Source: Proteromonas lacertae (taxonomy: Eukaryota). From it: a DNA stretch of 64,000 bases. The stretch covers positions 682,001 through 746,000 of the forward strand of contig NGBS01001160.1 in NCBI GenBank assembly GCA_002245135.1, written 5' to 3'. Every line of letters begins with the position of its first letter. The stretch's first letter is position 1. The notes beneath the pieces were generated by a model, which saw only the letters and a list, made by a program, of their open reading frames with translations, made no database searches and was not told where the DNA came from. Of the stretch, positions 11,180 to 24,400 are shown piece after piece. The position numbers and the translations under genes were made by a program.

Positions 11180-12737
11180 ATGCAGTCGCCCTACGTACTT
11201 CCAGTTGGTTATGACATTGTATTCTTATTTATGTCGATTATATAGTCAAATATTGATAGTAAAATCAAAGGAAAAGTACATACTACAATTATATATTGAT
11301 AGGTTCAAGACATTTTATCAAAAAGAATGGATGCTCAAGTGTATATAATACAGGAGGGTAAGTCTACTGCAAGAAAAGTTTATAAATTAATTAACACATC
11401 TGAAGCAGATGAAGACAGTATTGTAGAATATGTATATCATGATTATTTCTATTCTTTAATCATATTAGCTTGAAGATTTGAGATTAGGCAAACTTCATGA
11501 ACATTTACTCCAAATAACAAGTTCTTATTACCGTGAATATAATTGCATGATATTGCAAATGGAATATTTCCCAGAAGGATGTTTAGCAGATGTTGATGTA
11601 ACAAAATTCTTTCAAGAATGTGGTTATAAACACATACTATTAGATATCTGTTTAGGATTGCATGAATTACATTCATTTAAATTACCTCATAACAATATAA
11701 AACCCTCCAATATCCTATTTTGTGGGAAAAACAGATATATATTAACAGATTATTGTAAGAATATTTTATATTTAAAATCTGATAATTTATCAATTCCAAC
11801 CAAAGAAACATTTGAATATTTCAGTCCTGAGATAATTAAAGGTAATGAACCAACTATAGAAAGCGATTTATGGAGTTATGGATGTTTATTGTATTACATT
11901 TATACAGGCACAACTCCATTTTACAGTAAAATACATTTTGAATTATTAGAAAATATAGTTGCAGGGAGTTATAAAGAATTGAATATAAATAACAATGAAA
12001 GTGCAAGTAAAATAGTTAATGACTTGTTATCTTTGTTATTATGTATAAATCCTGATGATAGATTAAATACAAGTAAAATATATAAGAAAATAAAAGAAAT
12101 AGTAGATACATCTACATCATCATCATCAGTTACAAGTTCTGAAAAAACTAGCCGTTGTAATAGTGTATCAATGTCCAATCCTGATGTTGATCAATTATTA
12201 GATTCAATTATATCTCATTCACAAAGACATCCTGAGAAATTTTTACAGTTAAATGATGTGAGTTTAACAACAGAAAATAAAGAATATTTTACTAATCAGT
12301 TAATGAGTATTCCTACTTTAAGACATTTACAAATTGCTAGAACTAATTTTGGAGATGAAGGTTTTAAAATGGTATGTGATAGATTTACTGGTATTTCATC
12401 TTTATCATTATTAATGTTGACTGGTATAAATATATATTTATTATATATATATATAGATGATATGATAAGTGATGAAGGTGTAAAATATTTCTGTGATAAA
12501 GTCACTTTATTGCCACGTTTATCTAATTTGTATTTGTATGGTAATAATATTACAGACGGAGGGATTGAGTGTTTAGTTAATCATCTTACTTCTATGCCAA
12601 GATTGGAGTTTTTAGATTTTTCGAGTATATTTTTGTTATTTATATTGTTATTAGAAAATAAAATTAGTGATACTTCAATAGTGAAAAGGATTAAAGAGAA
12701 GAATCCACATATTCATTGTGATTATAGATCAAAGTAA
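11180..12737 (+). CDS. Protein kinase-like domain (probable pseudokinase) with C-terminal leucine-rich repeats
   Basis: ILQMEY, HNNIKPSNIL, LTDY, YFSPE and SDLWSYGC, followed by RNI-like LRRs (LSNLYLYGNNITDGG). ATG at 11180; several short introns. Confidence 0.85.
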
Positions 12738-12844
12738 GAGTTTTTTTGTGGGGGTTAATTTTTGTTAAAATAATGTTTTTAATTTGTTTTCTTTGTTTAA
12801 TGGTTTTAGTAATATAAAAAAGAAATGAATTGTTAATATAATGA

Positions 12845-14208
12845 TTATGTTTTGCTTGCTAATGCAGCTTTTAATAAAAATGAATACTGCGGTTCATAAA
12901 TAACCACATTAACTACTGGTTCTTGAACTACTGGACATACTATACAAAATAATAACAAATTATTGTATATATATACTATCATAATTAGTATTTCTTACTT
13001 TATTCTCATTGTCTTCATTGTTATCTAAGTTAGGTATTTGTTTCTTTGACATTCCCATTGTATATAATCTACTATATACATTCTTACTACCTATTGGTTT
13101 ATATTTTTGTGATATTTTATTCAATTTTGGATGAAATATATCATTTTCATGACCAATCCTTTGGTCTGGCTTATTTTGTGGTTCTAAATATCCATTTTTT
13201 CTGTTTATTTTATTCATTAATCTCTTTGATTTAATATTTATAGTTGGTGAATATCTGTATTGTTTTGCTTCTTCATATTTTCTTTTATTCTCCTCCAATT
13301 TCGATTGTTTAATTTTAGACTAATATAATACAAATATATATATATATACATCTTCGTAAAGATCTTCAACAGTTCTTTTCTTTCTATTCGTTTGATAAGG
13401 TTGTACTAATAACAATATTTATAAATATTAACAAATTAATAATACAATATTGAGGATATAACAACATATATCTCTGACAATAAGGAGCATGTTTCTATTA
13501 CAATAGATTAATAAATATAAATACTTTTAATTCATTCTCATCAAATCGATCATTTCCTAATCCAACTCCACAAATACATGGATTAATAATATCAGGTTTA
13601 AAAACTAAATGTCTTTCATTATATTTCTCTTCTGCTTCTTGATATTGTTTTATTTTTTCATCGCTATTTAACAGTAGATAATATTAATTATAATATGTTC
13701 TTACTGTTCTTTAATAATATCATTGACTCTTTCATGAATTGGAGATGCTGATCGTTTTTCTGCTAATCGTATAGAAGTATCGTTTAATTTGGGTGTGAAT
13801 GTATAGATTTGCTTCTATTGATATATAAATAAAAAAATACATATTCTTCATCCTGTTTTTTCTTCAAATCTTCTTTTCTTTTTTCATACTCTCTCTGTTT
13901 GGCTTGTACTCTTTCATAATACACTTCACTCTCATCAATATTCTAATGAATTATGCAAATAAGTAATACAGAAGGTAGATCAACATGTTGGTTTGTTTCA
14001 ATCAACTCATCAATCTAAAACATATAAAAACATAAAAATACTCTGTGTGATATTTTGTTTTTGTAATCTTTACTATCTAAAGGTATATGACTCAGATCTT
14101 GCTGTATTCTTATTGCAAGCGCTGTTACAACATACTTGATGAATTCTTGATCTTTTTTTGATTGATTCTAATGTTTATATATTCATTTTATACATCTAAC
14201 TTAGACAT
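12845..14208 (-). CDS. Hypothetical multi-exon protein with repeated (Y/F)x(F)xPx(I/L)N motifs, possibly microtubule-associated
   Basis: ATG 14208, many GT-AG introns, repeats YTFTPKLN, VFKPDIIN, YSPTIN and IFHPKLN, stop at 12845-12847. Confidence 0.6.
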
Positions 14209-14343
14209 TTTGAAAAATCAACTGTTTCAAAATATATTATCGTTTTCTTGACATTTTGACATTTTTTTGACATTTATTCATTTTCTCAAAGACACAAACA
14301 AAATACACAAAAGTCAATAATAAATAAAAAAAGAAAACTCATT

Positions 14344-15317
14344 TTATTTGCCCTTATTCACATTGTTATTCTGTTTTTCTTCCTCAATCTCTTTAATCAA
14401 TGCTTTTGCTTCTTCTTCAGTTATACCAACTCCCTTCAACAGTTCTTCAGGTGATTTAACTTCCTTTTTAAATCCAGAATACATAGAATCTATCTTATCC
14501 TTATCTTCTTTAGATAATTGTAATTCACCACTTTTAAACCTATGAATCGGAAACCATGATGGAAAATCCCACTGTGGTTTACTTTTATGATTCTTATCAT
14601 ATTCTTCCACTTTCTGTTTGGCTAAAGGAATTAAACTCTCGTCAATTGGATTGAAATAATGATTATTAGATCTGTAATGAATTGCTGTAGAAACATTATC
14701 ATTTTGCTTATTCTCACTGTGTTGGACATTTAATCGCAATTGTTCTATTATATATTGCTTTCTCTTTATTTCTTTATATTTATTAATCAACGGTTTTGAC
14801 TATTTTATTATAATAATAATAATTTTTAGTAATTACATACATAATAAAGTGCAACATTTACTCCACATAGACCAAGAGCAAATAATGGCGATTTTAGCTT
14901 TCCACGATATAAAACACCTAAACATAAGCCAGTAATACCTCCTGATACACCCCATGTTATAGCATCATCTCTCTGTAACATCATTCTCACTGCTCCAAGC
15001 GAACCTATTGAATTATAGTGATTTTAGATATATACCAAAATAAATTCCGCCTATTATACATCCATTCATTCCATATCGGACAATATGTGGAAGAGAATTA
15101 GTATTATTGAGGATATTTGCTTTACTCCATCCATATATTGCACCAAATGCACCTACAACATAGAAAATAAACAATACCTGGAATAAACACTTTAGTTACA
15201 AGTTGTTTCAAATCATTTGAAGCTATTCAAATAAATTAAATGCAAAATACCCATCTTCAATCTATAATCTTCTGTTTGAATAGTGTCTTCCTCTACTTTA
15301 TCTTCTTTCTTACTCAT
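14344..15317 (-). CDS. Tim17/Tim22/Tim23-family membrane protein with C-terminal extension
   Basis: Spliced product has Gly-rich TMs GAFGAIYG and GCIIGGIYF, plus RDDAITWGVSGGITGLCLG (Tim17-family pattern). Confidence 0.65.
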
Positions 15318-15395
15318 AATTCCAAAAGAAAGAGATGGTCAAAATGACATGTCAGAAAGACATTACAGTTAATATTTATTTTTGTTGAATATACA

Positions 15396-18217
15396 ATGTC
15401 TTTAAACAATACATCAATGTATACAAGTCAGGATCCAAATGGAAGTACAATTACAATCAATAGCAACCATAAAACACCTACAAAAGTGAGAATTCATAAT
15501 TCTGGAACAGTGACTGTTGGAATAAATGGAGCAGAAATAAGCAGTGAAGATACTTCAAATGTTGGTGACTATGATATAGATAAACCATATATGTCTGATA
15601 ATTTATCAACAAACAGTGCTGAATCTGGAACATCGTCAGTTGCCTCGGGTATGAACAATTATAACCAATTCCAACCAACAACAAATTACACTAGCAACAA
15701 TAATTTGAATACTAATACTCTTGGTACAGGTTTAGGTAATTATCCAAATAGCTTTTCTACAAGTGGATTAGGTTTAGGAATTAGTGGTATTGGTAATACA
15801 GGATTAGGAACTACTACAAATGGAATAAGTAACACTCCAAATTTAGCATCAGGTTTAAATGGTAATTATGGATTAAATGCAAGCTATAACAATAATCTAT
15901 CAACTTACAGTAGTGGTCTTAGTAATTCTAGTTTAAATATTAATAATCCTCTTGGAATAGGGTTAAATAACAATGGTTTACATTTGAATGGAGATATTGG
16001 TGCTGGTACTAGAGGAATAGGAAGTGGTTTGAATATGAATACAAGACCAATAAGTGGATTAAATACATCATCATTAGGATTAAACACTACTGGATTAAAT
16101 ATAAGTGTAGGTGGAGGTTTAAATACTGGTTTAGGTAATAATGGATTTGGATTGAATACTAGTTTGAATAACAGTCTTGGAAATGGTTTAGGAACAGGTT
16201 TAGGAAATAGTTTAGGTGGAGGTTTGGGTGGTTTGGGTGGTTTGGGTAATACAGGTTTAAATAGTAGTCTAAATACAGGATTAGGAGGTGGCATAGCCAA
16301 TACTGGAATTGGGTTAAACAATACTGGTTTGGGAAATGGTTTGAGTAATGGATTAGGAGGATTAACAGGTTTAAATACAGGATTAGGTTCTGGATTGAAT
16401 ACTACTGGTTTAGGGACTGGATTGACTGGCTTGAACAGTAGTTTAGGAGGTGGTTTAGGTAATAATGGGATTGGATTAAATACAAGTTTAAACAATAATT
16501 ATGGTAATGGATTAGGAACAACAGGTTTTGGAGGTGGTTTGAATACATCAAACTATAGAAGTACAACCATACCAGGTTTAGGAGGAGGAAATGGAATAGG
16601 ATTAAACAGTTTAAATAATTCGACAATACAACCGAATAGTTCAACTTTAGGTGGTTTGGGATTAGGTAATAATAATAATAATACATTTATATCATCAGCT
16701 ATTCCCAATTATAGTACAGGTATAGTAAATAACGATAATAGAGCATCATTAGCTGCTTTAAGAGCTTTACAAGATAAGATACAAAGGATTAGAAAAAGAA
16801 AGAGATTATTATAATAATCAATGTATAAATTTAGAAGATGGTTTGAGAAAAACAAAAACGAAATTAGAGTTAGAAGCTAAAGTATTATTATTATTATTAA
16901 CATTATTATTATTAAAAATAGGATAAAGAAATTCAAAGTATAGTTGCTCAGAATAAAACAAAAGGATTAGAAGACACAATTAAAACTGTTGCTGATTTGA
17001 GAGAGAAAGAAGTAGGGAAATTACAGGAAGAAAAACACAATATAACTCAGCAACTAACTCAAGAAATGATTGAAAGACAAAAAATAGAAAATGAATATAA
17101 AAGAGCAAAAGAAGAAGCAGAACAAAAAGAAAGAGAAGCTGCCAATTTAGCTGAAGATTTAAACAAATCTGTTCATTATCAACAGAACTTAGAAGAAGAA
17201 TTAGAGAGAGAAAAAGAAGAGAAAAGACTATTAGCAGAACAGAAAGCTAAATCTGCTCAAGTAATATCTGAATTAAGTGGATTAAATAATGAATATAATT
17301 CTATAGTAAAAAGTCCTAAGAAATTAAGAGAATCAATTAATAGAATTGAAAAGCCATCAAATAGAAATAAATGTCCAGTTTGTTCAAATGAAATTCCAAA
17401 TAATAATAATAGTATCTATACTCAACCAAACTCAAATTATACAACATCAGTAACATATAAAAGAGGTAAAAAACAGAAGAAGAATGTTCATCAACAATTA
17501 GTTGAAGCAAATCATAATAATCCAGTTCCGTTTATTCCAATGGTTGGTAAAAACACATTTTCTGTATATGGTAAAGTCCAAAATGCAATTCATCCATCTG
17601 AAGCTTATGGAAAGAAGTCTTTAGTTGTTAAAAGAAGAAGTAAAAGTTCATCTAAGAAGAGAGTTGCTTTTCAAGAATCATCATCATTATATCCACAACA
17701 GCAACAACAATCTCAGAATATATCAAATCAAAATACTAATTCATTTGCAGTTCCAGATTATTCTCACAATAATATTCCTGTCACTCCATCACTAAGAAAA
17801 AGTTTTGACAATGCTCAAGAAAGAGAAATAGCAAAGAATGAAGCATTAGAAGATTTTGATAGAATATATTCAAAACATGAACAAAGTTTATTACATTCTC
17901 CCTCTAAATTAGATCTTCAGATTAAAGATATAGAGATTGTGAAAGCTTCATTGGAAGATGAATATGATAGACTTCAAAGAGATTATAAAGAGTTATTATC
18001 TCAATCATATGAATCAAGTGATCCATCAATACAAAGAAGAATAGAAATAATCAAACCTCAACTTGAGAAAAAAGCTCATCAAATATATTTGTTGGAGAGA
18101 TATAAGAAATTAAACATTGACAGTCAATTGCCGAGAAGAGAACAAACCATGACTGATAAACAAGCTGAATCGTTGAGAATATTGAGAGATTTTAAGTCAT
18201 TAGGTGAAGATAAATAG
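15396..18217 (+). CDS. CEP57: CEP57-like centrosomal protein with long Gly/Leu/Asn N-terminal repeat (one apparent +1 frameshift, one intron)
   Basis: NRASLAALRALQDKIQRLEKER (Cep57 CLD start), VPFIP...FSVYGKVQNAIH, and C-terminal LEDEYDRLQRDYKEL...LEKKAHQI (Cep57 MT-binding pattern). Frameshift at 16786-16787; intron 16882-16921. Confidence 0.7.
15700..16670 (+). repeat. Coding low-complexity repeat (GLG/GLN/LNT units)
   Basis: Dozens of ggttta/ggatta/aatact-type units translating to GLGxxLN-like motifs. Confidence 0.85.
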
Positions 18218-18418
18218 TTATTTGATTTTTATTAATTATTTTATTATTTGATATAAGAAATTAGTATCATTTAACATTGTTTGTATTGGTTTGTCGAGTT
18301 TATGTTAGATTCTTTAAAATCTTATGAATATATTTACACTAATAAAAATATTTAATTATAATTACAATAAGAGATAATTTTTATTTAATATAATAAAAAC
18401 AAAATAAATACTCTTCTT

Positions 18419-21400
18419 TTAATCTTCTTTCACATTTGGATCATCTTGTGTAAGAGCTAGCATAGCAGCTAATGTCGCTCTACTAACCTTATCTAAATCA
18501 TCATGATCAGGATTTTGTTTAAATCTAACCATATACACTTGACTATTTCTTTGATTAAGACTAACTCTTTTTGCTTTACTTGATCTTCCTTCTGGTTTCA
18601 TACTTACAGCTGATTCTGAAATAGATTCATTGTTATTTGAATGTATGCTGTTTCTTGTAGTAGCTGTTGTTGTACTTTTTGATGCATCTAATGTAACTGT
18701 ATCAATTGTATTGTTTGTGTTGTAAGCTTGATATACTTTAGGGAAATAATGAATAGTTAAAACAATAAACGCACTCAATTCAATGGCATAAGCTCTTAAA
18801 CCAAGTAATGCATTTGGATTATCTTCTAATATGAAATTCAATGGAACATCAATTATTCCTATTATAACTATTTAAATATAATAAAAAATTATATATTATT
18901 ATTATATATACACATGATTAAGAATGTTGAAGCTAATGTTATTGATTCATTAAACTCACTGGATGCTTTTCTAACAGACCAAGCCAATTTAATACCAAAT
19001 AATAACATTATAGCAATTGCACCAACTTGAATATATACAAATATTTGATTTACTGTACATTCTGGTATAAATACATTCTCAAAGAATGTTGAATATGTAT
19101 CACTTAATGTCTCTGTATATTCAGATTTATCAACACCCCACCATATCCCTAAATATACCAATTGAACAGTTAATGTACCTAATATAACCTTTATTATAGA
19201 CATATTTGATATGGTAATCTTCTTTAGTTCTTTATTGTTGAATAATCTATGAATTCTCCATGCTTTTGCTAAGATGATACTAAATACTAAATCAATTGTT
19301 AAGGTTAATCCCCATACTCTTAACTCACAAATTCCATTTGTTTTAGTAGGTTCAAATATAAAAACTACACCTTCAATTGATAATAACATCAAAGCTATTA
19401 ACATATAAAACAAGAACAATGGTGATGCGAACTTTACTGCACTTATATCACGATAATTCCATAAGAAATAACACAAATATACACAAATCACTATTATTAT
19501 TGATAAAACAACATATAAAACAATTTGTAATACAGTATCAAACTTATATATCTCTTTACCAACACCAAATTCACATCGTGTTGATAAAATTGGATCTGTT
19601 TCAATGTTTATACCTTTTGTTGGATAAACTAATGATTCTTCTCTTGTTACTAATTCTGTCACATAGAAATTTTGAGTTGTATACATAGATGATTTGATAG
19701 TAGTTGATCCACCTGGTATTGTAATAGATTGACCAATTAATGTTAATCTTACATACTCAGTACCTGGCCAATTACCATTTACTTGTTTTGATGCTAATTC
19801 TACTCCTGCTTTCCATAATTGTATTGCAGAATACATAAATGTCATTGTATTTGTTATTGGGAAATCAGATCCTAAATTTGATTGAATTAATCGATTAAAT
19901 GATAATGACACTGTGTTTTGAGTTCCATCTCCATTTGGATTGATAATGAAATTACCTTCCATATAATCTAATTCAGCTTCAGTGAAGAAGTATTGTTCAT
20001 ATGCAAACAATATTAACTTTATCTTTTCCATCAAAATATCATTCCTTTTAAGTGATTCTATAAAATAACTAACTTCATAAGAATATATATTCACATAGAC
20101 TATCACTCTATCATATGTTTCATATAAATCAACTATTGCAGATGAACATTTCTGGAAACTATCTACTGAAACATTATTATTTGAATCGTATAAACAGATT
20201 CCACCTAATGCCAAACCAATATCTGTAAATTGACTAGACATTGCATTAATATCATCAACAATATGACCAACTGGATAAGTTATAACAAAAACAGCATTTA
20301 CTTCAACAGTCTTTAAGAATGGGAATAATGGAACAAGCATTTGATTCAGGGATGGACCAACATGAACAGTATAAGCAGAACAGGCTGAACCATCTTCAGA
20401 TGTGGTAGTAAAATATAATAATTGCAAGTCTTCAGCTATTTCTGTCATTATTTGAATACAGAATATGGATGTACAACCAAACGTTGCTATTATATCATTA
20501 TCAATTATCATATCTTTTACTTTTCTTCTCATTTCGCCTGAATTTGCGCTAAAGAAAGCATCTACAATTACTAATTCATAACCTAATATTCCTCCATCTT
20601 TATTTATTGCATCTATAAACACTTTTTCTACTAATGATTGGTACAAATCACTTAATTGATCAGTTGCATCTGTATTATGAACCATTAAAATATACTTATG
20701 AGGTTTTTCATAACTTGCTTGTTTCACTGAAGCTGACCAATCACAAACAGAATTTCTCAAATTATTTGTATTTATATCACTATATACATCAGGTATAATA
20801 ACTTCTTCTGGACCTTTCACTACATACATTTCTTTCTGTTCTGTTATATAAGCGGTATATATTCTTCTACTAACTACATTACTACTTGTCACAATAATAA
20901 AATCAGATGGAGATGTGTATTTTCTACCATATATTACAGATCTTACAGTATCTGCATCAAATGTATATGCTTTCTGAACTGCATCAGCCCATAATAATAA
21001 TGATGAATAAGAAGCTTCCATATATGACTCAATCTTTGAATTCCAGCCAATTCTTTGACATAAATGATTTGCAAAATCATTAATCGAATTTGAAGATATT
21101 GTGACTGCTGATAATGAATCATTAGCAAGAGATGGGAAGAATGATGAAATTATATAATGATTAGCTACACATTTACCTTCTAAACTATCTAAATAATGAT
21201 TTTGGAAGAATAAACTAACAACAGTATATTTTGGAGCATATAAATAATTATCACACATTTCTTTCATGAAATCAACAATTAACGAAGTAGATAGACAATT
21301 AACTATTGTACCACCATTCACTATTTTACTTTTCATTAATTCTACTGATGTTTTTAGATTCTCTTTAGTCAATAATGTTTGACCATTACTATTCAAATGT

Positions 21401-24400
21401 GATTCTCCAATTATTTGACCTACCATTAATTTACATTGTAGACCTATCTCACTACCGTCATATACAATAAATATAGTCTTCATTGTTTCATACAAATATA
21501 ACTTTAATGGGATTTTCAATTGATCTAACATGTAATTCACTGAAATTGCGTTTTGAAAACACATTTCACCTGGATTATAGCCTGGGAAGAAATATAATAT
21601 CTTTTCTATTCTTGGTCCAACATTTGAATATACTTCACTCTTTATTCCACCAATTATTAACTTTGGATCTGAATCTTTCACTGTTTCAACTATACTAAGG
21701 AATTCTGCTTCATCAGAATTTGTATCTCTTATATCAGCTATTACTTTATTATCCAAAATACCACCATTTTCATTAATCTCATCAATTGCTAATAATATTG
21801 AATCTAATAATTTCAATTCTTCTTGTGCATCATTTCCTGTTAATGCAACTGGAACTACCACAGTCACAGTCCTTTCCTTTTTCTTCTTACCTATCGAAGC
21901 ATCAGTAAAATCACATGTGAATAATTCAGTCTTACCTTCACTAATCCATGGAGATCCTTCTATTGCAGTATTGGTTGAATAAACTAATGCAAATTTGGAT
22001 GTAGTATTGTCAAATTCTGTCAATGTCATTACACGAGTCATATAATTATTTTTGGATAATGTCAATATACCTTCAGGAGCATTGTATTTAGTTTCATACA
22101 TTGTTTCTCTTACTTTTGAAAAATCTGTTGTTGTATTTGCTTTTATCATTGCATCAAATAATATATTCAATATTGAATAACTTCTAGCAATTCTATCACT
22201 TAGATAAGTTGATCCACTATAATAAGCTTTCATTCTTTCAATAAACTGAACATTTTCATCTCTATTAATTGATTCAGAATAAGCACCAGCAGATTCAAAT
22301 GGTAATATAGTATCTATTGAATCAATAATTTCACCACCACTTGTAAAGGATATTAAATGATAATCTGGTTCATATAAACCTGTATTAATCATTCCTGCAT
22401 TTAATAATGAATGATATTTTGATTCTCCTAAGAATATCAAACAACCTTTATCAAATTGAGATTTCAATGTATGTAATAAAGATGACATAATCACTACATC
22501 AACTGTTGATTCATTATAATATACCATCAATACATTACCACCTTTTCTTTCTAAATACTTCTTCACATATGATGAAGGAACATTATCTAATTCACTGATA
22601 ATAGCAAAACCTGGATATTGTCTGTGAAGTATAATATCTAATAACCTATCATAATAACCAATCGTCAAACCAGCAGCAATTACATTCTTCTCACAAAAGT
22701 CAGGTTTAGACATTGAAGCATCAATCAATAATCCATTCATCTCTGTAATTGTCTGAAATACTTTATTTCTTACTTCATCATTTATACTTAAAAACACCAA
22801 AGGAGTCATCTTAGCCACATCACTTGCTTCACTGTTTATACTATCTTTAATTGCATTTATAAAAGTTAAAGCACCTTCAGCACTATCTGTATTCTTTAAA
22901 TAATGAACAATTGTATGTCCATTAATCCCTTCATTGGCATTATAAGCATCAACAACAGCATTAATTGCTTCAGATACACCTTTATTCAATTCATTATTAT
23001 CACCGCTTGTGCCTATAACGGATGTTAACGTAATTACTTCTTCAACTATCATATTTGCAACACCTCCTTTACCAAATTGACATTGTTGTCCTAACATTGA
23101 AGAATCCATCCAATCATAAGGTTGAGGTGTAATTGGTTCTAGGAAGTAATTAATCAATTGTTCTTCTCCATTATCATCAATATGTACTAATATATAAGGA
23201 TGAGATAAATAATGTGATTCAGAGATTGTTGTATAACCTAATGGACCTTGAAACTTTACATTTTGTAATAACATTGACAAATCTCTTGATGATATTGATT
23301 TAGCATAATATAAACCTTCAGCTAATAGCTGAGTAACATAATACATTTGTACTAATGAATCACCAGGTTCAAAACTGGTATATTGGAAAATTATATCTGG
23401 AACTTTTGTATTTTCTGTATATAAAGGTTGTGCTTTAATAGAATACATTGTTGGAATATAAATATTTCTGAAATTATCATCAAAATAATCTCTATTCATC
23501 GTATTTATAGTAAAAACAAAAAGTGGATATTTTGTCTGAGATATTGATGACATATGATAATCACTTACAAACTGAACACTTTCATAAATGTCAGTAACTA
23601 ACACAATACAGCAACTATCACCATTACATTTATCAGGAATTTCATATATAAATGAACTATATGTAGTTAAAGTATTCAATAAATGAATTCCTTTTAATCC
23701 TAATATACCATGAGCAGTTTTAACAGTTGTCATTGCTAATTTGAGTGAATAAGATGATCGATTTGTTCCAACTATAATAGCATTATGAGGCAATTCACTT
23801 TTAGCAATATATTGAATTGTTTGTGTTACATATTGATTTGGTAATTTACCTGTAAAGTAAGCATTAGCATAACACTCTTCACCTGAAATTGGACCAGCAT
23901 AGAAGAATGCTAATGTTACATTCTGTTTAACATAATTGATTATTGTATCCTTACATTCATTATTTGAACATCCAATAAAGAAAATAACACCCTGACTTTG
24001 TAATATTTTCAATTGTTCTAATGCATATGCTGAGTCTGATTTTATATCTGCAAACATTGTCCTGATTTTATATCCTTTTATATCATACCTTGTATTAACA
24101 TATTTAAAATAACCAATAATCATTTCAATCAGAACTCTATCGTTTTTATAATCATTTCCTGTTGAAGATAACAACACTCCAACATCTAAATATGGATAAG
24201 TCTCTTTACCTTTTTGACCATTTTGTTCATTCCATTTACATGTAGTATATTCTGTTGGATTAAATGTAATAACTTCAGGAATTATATCAGTTAAAACAGG
24301 ATAATACCAATTATTGACAGTATAGTCACCTCCTTTATCAACAATTTGTGATAAATATATTGGAACTTTAAATATATTTGTATCAGCTAATTCATATTCA

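Noticed and set aside
15905..16495. 196-aa Pro/Lys-rich minus-strand ORF
   Set aside because: Antisense shadow of the Gly/Leu repeat.
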